Virus record (IMG/VR): IMGVR_UViG_3300012953_000145
Span: 1-29,654 of that record
Source of the DNA: a virus
Taxonomy: Duplodnaviria > Caudoviricetes
Direction: 5' to 3' (one strand)
Length of the DNA: 29,654 bases
Both the position numbers and the translations under genes were made by a program. The notes under the pieces were generated by a model that did not search any database, had not been told where the DNA came from, and saw only the letters and a list, made by a program, of their open reading frames with translations. This document shows positions 1 through 7,999 of the stretch, piece after piece (the first letter of the stretch is position 1; each line of letters starts with the position of its first letter).

Positions 1-1
1 G

Positions 2-235
2 GATGCAATAGAAAATTCTTTAGATACTATTGATAGCAAATACAATAGTATATCTAAAGTGCTAGAAATTCCTATATTTTATGACAGTCCAGAAGTAAAG
101 AGAGTACTCGCAGATCTTCAAGACGCAAGAAACTCTTTGTTGTATGTTGCGAATGCACTGACTAATTCGAATAGTTTGGAGGATGACATACAACAATATG
201 AGCAAATCGACGAAGAAGACTATAAAAGAGACTAG
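2..235 (+). CDS. 5'-truncated hypothetical protein (not in ORF track)
   Basis: Frame +2 is open from the window edge to TAG at 233-235: DAIENSLDTIDSKYNSISKVLEIPIFYDSPEVKRVLADLQDARNSLLYVANALTNSNSLEDDIQQYEQIDEEDYKRD*. Helical-looking, same strand as all other genes, overlaps the start of the next gene. Confidence 0.8.
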   Translation, partial: DAIENSLDTIDSKYNSISKVLEIPIFYDSPEVKRVLADLQDARNSLLYVANALTNSNSLEDDIQQYEQIDEEDYKRD

Positions 236-974
236 TGATAAAAAAGCTGTCAAAAAGCCTAGAAAAAGAAAAAAGAAGTCTAAAAATTATTATTTTGGAC
301 AAGAAGTTCAAGATAAAATTGTAGAATACCAAAGATCAGAGTGTGACATTGAAAGAGAAGCTATATATGAAAAACATATTTCTCCAGCTTTTACAGAACT
401 CACAAAAAGTCTAGTTTCAGTTTACAAATTTAAGTCAGCTAATGAAGACATAGAACACTTAAAAGCTGATTGTATTTCAAATTTATATGAAACAATACAT
501 AAATGGAAACCTGAGAAAGGCAAAAAAGCTTTTTCTTATTTTAATGTTGTTGCAAAGAACTTCTTAACAATTCAAAGTAGAAGATTATTAAAAAACTCAA
601 ACAGAAACGTTTATCTTGATGATTCTGAGAGGCTTAGTAATAATATAAAATCTGAAATATATGACAAAGAATATGTTGATGGTGACGAACTATTAAGACA
701 GAGTATAGAAAAGTATAATAAGATTATAGAAATAATTGATTACATATCAGATAAAATAAAAGATTCTAATGATATAAAATGTTGTTTTGCAATTAAAAAG
801 CTTTTTACAGAAATAGATTCAATTGAATTTTTTAACAAAAGAGCTATTTTTGTTTACTTAAGAGAAATATCAGGCCTAAATAGCACAGAACTTTCTTCAT
901 CACTATCTAGCATTAGAAAAATATACAGAAAATCTGTCGGTCATGATAAAATGTTTAATTTATTTGATATTTAA
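183..974 (+). CDS. Phage sigma factor, sigma70 region 2 / T4 gp55-like (putative late sigma)
   Basis: Segment LKADCISNLYETIHKWKPEKGKKAFSYFNVVAKNFL resembles sigma70 regions 2.2-2.4 and gp55 (F-D-P-E-K-x-x-x-F-x-Y-F), preceded by N-terminal NYYFGQEVQDKIVEY. The helical C-terminus (YLREISGLNSTELSSSLSSIRKIY) may be an HTH. The true start may be ATG 198 (MSKSTKK). Confidence 0.7.
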   Translation: MTYNNMSKSTKKTIKETSDKKAVKKPRKRKKKSKNYYFGQEVQDKIVEYQRSECDIEREAIYEKHISPAFTELTKSLVSVYKFKSANEDIEHLKADCISNLYETIHKWKPEKGKKAFSYFNVVAKNFLTIQSRRLLKNSNRNVYLDDSERLSNNIKSEIYDKEYVDGDELLRQSIEKYNKIIEIIDYISDKIKDSNDIKCCFAIKKLFTEIDSIEFFNKRAIFVYLREISGLNSTELSSSLSSIRKIYRKSVGHDKMFNLFDI

Positions 975-987
975 CTAGGAAATAAAC

Positions 988-1359
988 ATGAAAAATTCAG
1001 AACAACTTTTAGAAAAACTCGATAAAAATGAAAAAAAAGAACAACAAATTAAAAACTTTGCTGATATCTTAGATACTCTTGAATCTCTTGAAGATAAGAA
1101 AAAAATGCTTTGGAAAGAAATATATGAGCATTCTATAGAAGATAGAGAAAAGGCAAAACTGTTGTTTAATGACGCTTATGTTTCTATGCAAGGCGGCATA
1201 AACGAACATATGAATATTGGTGCTATTATGTCAAAGTACCTTGAAAGAATGTGTAGATCAAATGATCAAATCTTAAAACTTGCTGAATTGATTGCAAAAG
1301 AAGAAGAAAAAAGCGACAATATAAGCGACGATGACATCTTTAACAAGATAAACAACTAG
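988..1359 (+). CDS. Small helical/coiled-coil phage protein; possible terminase small subunit (T4 gp16-like)
   Basis: 123 aa, all-alpha pattern, AGGA Shine-Dalgarno upstream. The helical hairpin HMNIGAIMSKYLERMCRSNDQILKLAELI loosely resembles the gp16 oligomerisation helices. The ORF is well supported; the function is weak inference. Confidence 0.6.
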   Translation: MKNSEQLLEKLDKNEKKEQQIKNFADILDTLESLEDKKKMLWKEIYEHSIEDREKAKLLFNDAYVSMQGGINEHMNIGAIMSKYLERMCRSNDQILKLAELIAKEEEKSDNISDDDIFNKINN

Positions 1360-1369
1360 AGGTTATAAT
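1360..1369 (+). promoter_or_regulatory. AGGTTATAAT motif (SD-like AGGT plus TATAAT) at the start of the spike gene
   Basis: The identical 10-mer also occurs at 3275-3284, before the next gene start. Confidence 0.35.
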
Positions 1370-3251
1370 GTTAAAAAAAGCTAAAGTAATATACTATTTA
1401 AGTGATGTAAATGATTCTAGTCAAACAAAATTTGTTGAATTATTAAAAGCATCAAAAGTTAAAAACTTATCAAAAGAAGAAGAGTTTTTAAAACATTTGG
1501 TTTCTTTTTTTCCACCAGGGACTATTTTTGCTCAAAGCTTTAACATAAATAATGCTGGACAAACTATATGCTTTCCAATGATGTCTTCACATATATCACT
1601 GCCTTTAAAGCAAGGAGAATTTTTTTGGTATATGACTGACGACGATTCAAAAACAAAAAGAGAAAACTCAAGTGAAGTATTTCAAAATCATCCTTTGTTT
1701 GTTGTTAATGATTACTGGATATCTAGAGTTCACGGATCTTTACTTAGTGAAGACTTAAATTATTCTTACAAAGAAAGAGACTCAATAGTTACTGGAGAAA
1801 AAGTATTAAAAGATCCTAAAAAACTTGAAATAAAGATTCCAGACTTTGACAATACAAGAAATATATTTACACCGGGTGCTACTGTTGATCAAAATATAAG
1901 CACTAAAGATTTGTATGAAAAAGGTAGAGATACATACTTTGGCGACAAAGCAACACCTAGAATGTTTTCTAAAACAGATGATCTTACTATACAAGGGTCT
2001 TATAATACTCTTTTAAATTTTACTTCAACTAATTCTGTATCTTCTCAGAGTAAATCTAGAGAAGGATTAATTGACATAGTGTCAGGAAGACTTTCACTAC
2101 AAGATTTTACTGTAGAAGAAGACAATATTGTTAAGCTAGGAAAAAGAAAAATAAAAAATGCAATTAGTCTAGAAAACAAAGCAAAAGAAGTTGATTTTAA
2201 TTTGCATAAAGAAAAATTTTTAGAAATAAATAATACTAGTGGCGGAACAGAAATATTTAAAAATCCAACTTTTTATCTAAATGAAAGTAACGAAACTATT
2301 AAAAATACTGAAAGTGTTGTAAATTATAATTCAGATGCGTCTAGAATACTTATTAGTGAATCAATAAATGTAGATAATGACGAATATTATGATATAGACT
2401 TTTTAGAAGAATCATATGATTACCCAGAATTTATTGAGGAAGATGATACAAGTATATTAAATATTAAAAAAGGATACTTAAATAATTCTGTAATAAATAT
2501 AAAAAATGCAAAAGCAAATGCTTTGGTTGCTGAAAGTAAACTTCATTTAGAAGATGATATTGCAGGACCACCATCGACAGTTGCATTACCTACTATACTT
2601 ATAAAATCTAACAATGTAAGAATTGTTGCTAGAAGAAAACTAGAAAATGATAAGAAATCAATTCCTTCTGGTAATATAAGACTAGTGAAAGAAGACGATA
2701 AATTTCTAAATTACTCACATATTTTAATGGAAAATGATGGCAACATATCTATTGAAGGAAGATCTGTGAAAATAGGTAATTTTAGAAAAGAGCTTATGAA
2801 AATAAATAATATAAATATTTTACAAGAATTAGAAGAAAATATTGAAAATAGCACTATAAAGATAGAGCATAGTGATCCTTTAATAAAAAATATGCATGGA
2901 AATGGTTATGGAGTACTGCTAGGTTATGAAGAAAAACTATCAGAACCTCTTGTTCTTGGAAATACATTAAATGCAGTATTAAGTGAAATTATTAATATCA
3001 CAAAAGATGCTTTAAATACAGTATCATCTCATGTAAAAAGTAGAGAGGATGAACTCAACAAAGAAATGGAAAAATTAAATAAATGGGTAGTTTCTGTTGC
3101 AACTCCAACAGGAATAACAATGATACCACCTATGAATGAATTTTACAAAAGTGATAAAATTGTTAATGACTTAAAACCATATCATGAAAAATTAAATAAT
3201 ATTCAAAATAATTTAACTGATATTTTGAGTAGATTTTCTAAAACTTCATAG
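1368..3251 (+). CDS. Putative baseplate central spike/hub protein (gp5/gpV/VgrG-like)
   Basis: N-terminal OB-fold-like motif HISLPLKQGEFFW (P-x-x-G-E-x-hydrophobic). Beta-strand/beta-helix-like segments DDLTIQGSYNTLLNF, IKSNNVRIVAR and HILMENDGNISIEGRSVKIG. C-terminal EPLVLGNTL...TPTG...ILSRFSKTS. Sits immediately upstream of gp25 and gp6 homologues, the canonical spike position (P2 V-W-J-I order). Confidence 0.6.
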   Translation: MLKKAKVIYYLSDVNDSSQTKFVELLKASKVKNLSKEEEFLKHLVSFFPPGTIFAQSFNINNAGQTICFPMMSSHISLPLKQGEFFWYMTDDDSKTKRENSSEVFQNHPLFVVNDYWISRVHGSLLSEDLNYSYKERDSIVTGEKVLKDPKKLEIKIPDFDNTRNIFTPGATVDQNISTKDLYEKGRDTYFGDKATPRMFSKTDDLTIQGSYNTLLNFTSTNSVSSQSKSREGLIDIVSGRLSLQDFTVEEDNIVKLGKRKIKNAISLENKAKEVDFNLHKEKFLEINNTSGGTEIFKNPTFYLNESNETIKNTESVVNYNSDASRILISESINVDNDEYYDIDFLEESYDYPEFIEEDDTSILNIKKGYLNNSVINIKNAKANALVAESKLHLEDDIAGPPSTVALPTILIKSNNVRIVARRKLENDKKSIPSGNIRLVKEDDKFLNYSHILMENDGNISIEGRSVKIGNFRKELMKINNINILQELEENIENSTIKIEHSDPLIKNMHGNGYGVLLGYEEKLSEPLVLGNTLNAVLSEIINITKDALNTVSSHVKSREDELNKEMEKLNKWVVSVATPTGITMIPPMNEFYKSDKIVNDLKPYHEKLNNIQNNLTDILSRFSKTS

Positions 3252-3274
3252 TTACTAATATTAAAATAAAAATT

Positions 3275-3284
3275 AGGTTATAAT
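3275..3284 (+). promoter_or_regulatory. AGGTTATAAT motif upstream of the gp25-like gene
   Basis: Second copy of the 10-mer, inside the longest intergenic gap of the window (3252-3286). Confidence 0.35.
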
Positions 3285-3286
3285 AT

Positions 3287-3895
3287 ATGAGTTCACCACA
3301 AGGAAGTACAGCTAGAGAAGAAAGAGCAACAGCAGATAGAATATTTTCAGAAAGAACGATTAAAGAAGTTCCTATAGGCATTAGAACACCATTGACAAAA
3401 GGAAACAGTAATTCTGAGTCTTTGTTTAAAATGCACTATAATATAGACGAGCAAATTCTTGACAATTTAAAAAATTTGTTAATGACAAAAAAAGGTGAAA
3501 GATTAGGTTTTGAAGATTATGGTACAAATTTATGGAAAATATATAATAGTAATGCAAGCAAAGAAGCAATATATGACTACGCAATGAATGAAATACAAAC
3601 AGCAGTTAATACATACATACCTTCAGTAGAATTAGCAAATTTTTTTAGCAAAAAAGTAGATTCATTTGAAAAAAAAGACATATTAGAAAATCCTAATGAA
3701 TATTTCAAAAATGAAAAAGCAAAGAAGTTTTATAGTAGTCAAAATGGCATAGAAGTAATGCCTAGTAAAATATCACTAAACAGCACTGATCCTGATACTG
3801 ATGAACTATATCAATTGACTATTGAATATAAAGTACCATCAATTAGTACAAAAGATATTTATACTGTTAATATATATTTGAGAACGTCAAAGTAG
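3287..3895 (+). CDS. gp25: Baseplate wedge / sheath-initiator protein, GPW/gp25 family
   Basis: QILDNLKNLLMTKKGERLGFEDYGTNLWK matches the gp25 consensus (I-x-x-x-L-x-T-x-x-G-E-R...F/Y-G). Followed by EIQTAVNTYIPSVEL and a C-terminal LTIEYKV strand. Confidence 0.9.
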   Translation: MSSPQGSTAREERATADRIFSERTIKEVPIGIRTPLTKGNSNSESLFKMHYNIDEQILDNLKNLLMTKKGERLGFEDYGTNLWKIYNSNASKEAIYDYAMNEIQTAVNTYIPSVELANFFSKKVDSFEKKDILENPNEYFKNEKAKKFYSSQNGIEVMPSKISLNSTDPDTDELYQLTIEYKVPSISTKDIYTVNIYLRTSK

Positions 3896-3903
3896 GATTG
3901 AAA

Positions 3904-5769
3904 ATGCAAAATAATAAAATACAAAAATATTTAAAAAATAAAAGTAAAAATCAATTTACTAATAAAACTTATCTAGACTTTAGAGAAGACTTGTTAAACT
4001 ATGCAAGAGAGTTTTATAGTGATAATATTTTAGATTTTTCTGAGACTAGTCTAGGTGGTCTTTTTTTAGATTTTGCTGCAATTGTTGGAGATTCTCTTGT
4101 TTTTTATGCTGAACAACAATTTAACGAATTAGATTACGAAACTGCAACAAATATAAATAACATTAACAAACATTTAAGAAAAGCAAATATAAAAAATAAC
4201 TCGTCATATCCTTCTTCTGTTGAAATAACTTTTAGTGTTGAAGTAGAAAAAGATATTTCGTCTAGTCAAAAAAGTCCTAAACCTTATTTAAATCATTTGC
4301 CTATTATCAAGAAGAACTCAATATTAGAATCTAATAATGGTATACAATTTATTCTCGATGAAGACGTTGATTTTTCTAGTGATTACAAACAAAGGATAGG
4401 TGAATTAAACGAAGACGGATCTCCTTACTCTTTAATACTAACGAAAAAAGGATTATGTACATCTGGTTTTTTAACTACAGAATCTATTTCTTTTCCAGAA
4501 AATGTTAACGAAGAACATTTTTTATCTTGCAAATTAGAAAATACAAATGTTACTTCTATAATAAGTGTTGTAGATAGTTCATTAAATGAATATAATGAAG
4601 TTGCTTATCTAAGTCAAAGTACTGTCTTTTCTAAAATAAAAAACGCAGATTCTGAGTATATTCATATTAAACCTGCACCTTATAGATATGTTATAGAAAG
4701 AGATTTTATTTCTGGGGAAATATTTCTAAGATTTGGAAATGGCTCTGGTAAGTCTGTAAAAGATGATCATTTTGCAAACGTATCTGATTTACTTTTACCA
4801 TTAAAAAATAAAGACACATTTGGTAGAGTTGATTTAGACCCAGGTTTGCTATTAAAGAGTAATTCTTTAGGAGTTTCACCTTCAGGTAAAACAGTAAATA
4901 TTACATATAAACATGGTGGAGGAATATCACATAATTCTCCAGCAAAAACTATTACTAAGTTTTTTGAAGAACCTAATATTGTTTTTATAAATGATGATTT
5001 AGGTCTTTCTGAATCTAAAAAAAATACTATAAAAGAAAGTATTATTATTGTAAACGAAGAGTCTGCAATTGGTGGTGCACCTGCGCCTAGTATCGATGAA
5101 TTAAAATCATCGATACCTATGGCTATAAGATCTCAATCTAGAATAATAACATATAGTGATTTAATAACAAGAATAATGACTATGCCAAGTAATTTTGGTA
5201 AAATAGAAAAAGTAGTTGCTTTAGATAACGCAAATTCAAGTTTCTCAAAAGATTTATATATTACATGTAAAGATTCAGAAGGTTTTTATACTAATGCATC
5301 TGATGCTATTAAGTTAAATTTAGTAAAATATATTAACGAATTTAGGCTTATTGGAGATAATTTTAACATATTAGATGTACCTATTTTTAACTTTGGTATT
5401 AATGCAGTAATAAAAGTTGCTTCTGAAGTTGATATAGAGACTGTTGTTATTGAAGTTACTACAAGAATTTTTGAAAATTTAAGATTTGATCTATTAGAAA
5501 TAGGTGAGTCTATTAATGTGAATGAAATAGCAAGAGTAATAAATAATACAGATGGTGTTGTTTCTTTAATGACAAATAAAAAAAATATAGTTGTCAACAA
5601 AACAGAAAAAGACAATTGGCATGATTTCGATCTAGATATCACAAGAGAATACTCTAATAATATCGTTGATCCCAATATACATTATGTTGACGGATTTATT
5701 CATCCTCCTAAAGGAGGAATTTTTGAAATGAAATATTCTTCTCAAGATATTTTAATTGTAGCTAAATAA
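3904..5769 (+). CDS. gp6: Baseplate wedge subunit, T4 gp6 / baseplate J-like
   Basis: N-terminal FTNKTYLDFREDLLNYAREFY...DFSETSLGGLFLDFAAIVGDSLVFYAEQQFNE, then LRFGNG, YKHGGG, SAIGGA and SQSRIITYSDL (variant of R-A-V-T-x-x-D-Y). About 620 aa, like gp6. Start placed at ATG 3904 (AGGA at 3894-3897) rather than TTG 3898. Confidence 0.9.
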   Translation: MQNNKIQKYLKNKSKNQFTNKTYLDFREDLLNYAREFYSDNILDFSETSLGGLFLDFAAIVGDSLVFYAEQQFNELDYETATNINNINKHLRKANIKNNSSYPSSVEITFSVEVEKDISSSQKSPKPYLNHLPIIKKNSILESNNGIQFILDEDVDFSSDYKQRIGELNEDGSPYSLILTKKGLCTSGFLTTESISFPENVNEEHFLSCKLENTNVTSIISVVDSSLNEYNEVAYLSQSTVFSKIKNADSEYIHIKPAPYRYVIERDFISGEIFLRFGNGSGKSVKDDHFANVSDLLLPLKNKDTFGRVDLDPGLLLKSNSLGVSPSGKTVNITYKHGGGISHNSPAKTITKFFEEPNIVFINDDLGLSESKKNTIKESIIIVNEESAIGGAPAPSIDELKSSIPMAIRSQSRIITYSDLITRIMTMPSNFGKIEKVVALDNANSSFSKDLYITCKDSEGFYTNASDAIKLNLVKYINEFRLIGDNFNILDVPIFNFGINAVIKVASEVDIETVVIEVTTRIFENLRFDLLEIGESINVNEIARVINNTDGVVSLMTNKKNIVVNKTEKDNWHDFDLDITREYSNNIVDPNIHYVDGFIHPPKGGIFEMKYSSQDILIVAK

Positions 5770-5779
5770 GGATATTTAT

Positions 5780-7996
5780 ATGATTATAGTACTACCTGCA
5801 ACAAAAGATACTTACATTACAAATCTAAAGACAACAAATATAGATGCTATTACTTCTAATGTAGGAGTTGCTTCAACTCTTGATCTTTTCAAGCTTTATA
5901 ATGAAAATAAAGATGCATGTTCTTCGGCAGTTTTGAAGTTTGACGGTGATGGTACAACAATAGCTAACAATGCTGAAGAATTTACGTTAATAGATTCTTT
6001 AGGAAATTCAGTTACATTTATAACAAATATTGCTGTTAACACACAAGATGGTAGTGTTGATGTTGCAGGCAAAGTAATATTAGGCTTGTCAGACACAATA
6101 GATAATATTGAAGCTGACGTTGATAACGGGAAATCAGGTTATGCAGAAGTTTTTAAAAATGTAATCAATAATGTTTCTGGAAATGCAAATGGTTTGACTT
6201 TAGAAATAACTGCTTTTAGTAACTCAAACAATGAATTAATATTAAAACAGAACAATTCTGGAGCTTCTGGTGATACAACTATAACACTTCCTGCTATAGA
6301 CTATGTTACAATTACAAGTAATTCAAGTGATTCTTTTGCAAGAAAAGAAACTAGTGCAATATTATTAGACTTTGACATTGCAGGTTTCAAGTCAGAATTT
6401 ATGAATGGAGTAAACTTCGGATCAAGTGCATTTAATAACTTAATAGCTGAAGTCATTTTACACGATGTGTCTACAGGACAAACAAAACCTAGGAATTATA
6501 CGCTTTCAGCGTTTAATCTTACTAAAGACTTTGAAGAAGGAATAGGAAAAGATACAATACACTTTTCAGATTTAGACGAAGTTGCTAATTTTACAAGATT
6601 AAATAGTAATACTACAAATAATTCTTTTAAAATACCTGGGCATGTTTCTTTTATAGACGATACTGCAATATTAGACAAAATAGATGGAGCTCAGACTACT
6701 CCTACTTGTTTGATTGAAAAAGGTGATGAAGATGCAATTTTTGACATTACAGACTATTTTAAAGGTCAAGTTGAAAATACACCAAACAATAAAGGCATAT
6801 TAATTACTTTTGATAGCATAAATATAAATAATGAAAAAACTTATTTTGTTAAAAGATTTGGTTCTAGACACTTGCTAAACAAGAACTTAGTACCAATATT
6901 AAAAATAAGTATACCTGATTATGATTTTACTATACCTAAGAGATCGCAATTTTCAAAAAGATTTCTTGATAGTGAAGAAACTTTTTATCTATTTAACAGG
7001 AGTAATAGAAGATTAACTAGCTTTAGTAGTCCAGATAATGCAACTTTAAAATTTAGAATTATATCTATCGATAAAAAAACAACTTATGTTAATGATATAG
7101 CAACTTCAAATGCAACAAATTATAAAGGAAATAATCTCACAGGTATAAAAAAAGCAACAATTTCTAAAGATCATTTAAGCAGATTTAGTAGTGATATAAC
7201 AGGAACAAGTAATTTAGAAAAAACAGCTTATAAAAAGAATGTTAAAGATAACTTTTACTTTTTAGACCCAGATAATTTAGATGCAGCTGGCAATGCTGCA
7301 GCTCAAAATGACCCTGAAACGCAACCTTTACTAATACAAGATGTTAATAGCAGCGACTTTTTTATCAACAATAAAAAAGGAAAATATGATGAGGATGCAA
7401 ATGGTGATGAAATAATCGTTGAAGATGATTTAAATCCTGCAGAGCAAGCATTTCCTGTTATTGACAATGTAGTTAGCGCAAGTGTAGTTAATATTAACAA
7501 TGATTTAATTAAAAATAATAAATTAGAAACATTTATTAATTGGTATTGGGATGATGGTACAGAAGAGTATATTGTATTAGAAGAAAAAGTTACTTTCCAT
7601 CTATCAGAGAATAGTGATGATCAAACTTATTCAAATTTAGTATCTAGAATTAAGTTTGAAAATACTTCATTAAATGGTGACAATACTATTAACGAAGGAC
7701 ATGTTTACTTTTTAGATACTAGATCTTCATTGGAAGTAGTCAAAGTACCTTTTGACATATTAAGTGAAAACTTAGGTGAAGTAATGTACCAATTAGTTAA
7801 CGTTGATAATAAAAAAATATTATATGATTATAGTGAATCAACAAAACTTTTTTACGATGGCGAGAAGTATGTTTTTAATTTTTGTTTGCCTGATATTTAT
7901 AAAAACTTTAGAGTTAAGTTTAATTTTAAAGTAAATAATCAAATAAATGATAACAATTACATCATAAAAAATAAAGAAATATTTAGAGTAGAGTAA
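5780..7996 (+). CDS. DNRLRE/CBM96-like beta-sandwich virion protein with inserted domains
   Basis: Ordered motifs PATKDTYI, AILLDFDI, AEVILHD, LTKDFEEG, FDITDYFK, NKGILI, KRFGSRH and PILKIS follow the DNRLRE/CBM96 pattern. AAGGA SD upstream; located in the baseplate cluster. Confidence 0.65.
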   Translation: MIIVLPATKDTYITNLKTTNIDAITSNVGVASTLDLFKLYNENKDACSSAVLKFDGDGTTIANNAEEFTLIDSLGNSVTFITNIAVNTQDGSVDVAGKVILGLSDTIDNIEADVDNGKSGYAEVFKNVINNVSGNANGLTLEITAFSNSNNELILKQNNSGASGDTTITLPAIDYVTITSNSSDSFARKETSAILLDFDIAGFKSEFMNGVNFGSSAFNNLIAEVILHDVSTGQTKPRNYTLSAFNLTKDFEEGIGKDTIHFSDLDEVANFTRLNSNTTNNSFKIPGHVSFIDDTAILDKIDGAQTTPTCLIEKGDEDAIFDITDYFKGQVENTPNNKGILITFDSININNEKTYFVKRFGSRHLLNKNLVPILKISIPDYDFTIPKRSQFSKRFLDSEETFYLFNRSNRRLTSFSSPDNATLKFRIISIDKKTTYVNDIATSNATNYKGNNLTGIKKATISKDHLSRFSSDITGTSNLEKTAYKKNVKDNFYFLDPDNLDAAGNAAAQNDPETQPLLIQDVNSSDFFINNKKGKYDEDANGDEIIVEDDLNPAEQAFPVIDNVVSASVVNINNDLIKNNKLETFINWYWDDGTEEYIVLEEKVTFHLSENSDDQTYSNLVSRIKFENTSLNGDNTINEGHVYFLDTRSSLEVVKVPFDILSENLGEVMYQLVNVDNKKILYDYSESTKLFYDGEKYVFNFCLPDIYKNFRVKFNFKVNNQINDNNYIIKNKEIFRVE

Positions 7997-7999
7997 AAA

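Noticed and set aside
240-290. NLS-like basic stretch KKPRKRKKKSK suggesting a eukaryotic virus
   Set aside because: SD motifs, operon structure, a sigma factor and baseplate genes indicate a prokaryotic phage. Lys runs are expected at this AT content.
3252-3286. Terminator or ncRNA in the intergenic gaps
   Set aside because: The longest gap is 35 nt, with no GC-rich hairpin followed by a U-tract.
233-3895. Possible TAG recoding, since four early genes end in TAG
   Set aside because: Thousands of codons in the long ORFs contain no in-frame TAG or TGA, coding density is already near complete in code 11, and readthrough would add only a few residues.
3855-5780. ATATTTATA (3855-3863, 5772-5780) as a late promoter
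   Set aside because: Pure A/T words are expected by chance here, and one copy abuts the start codon. Genome-wide statistics would be needed.
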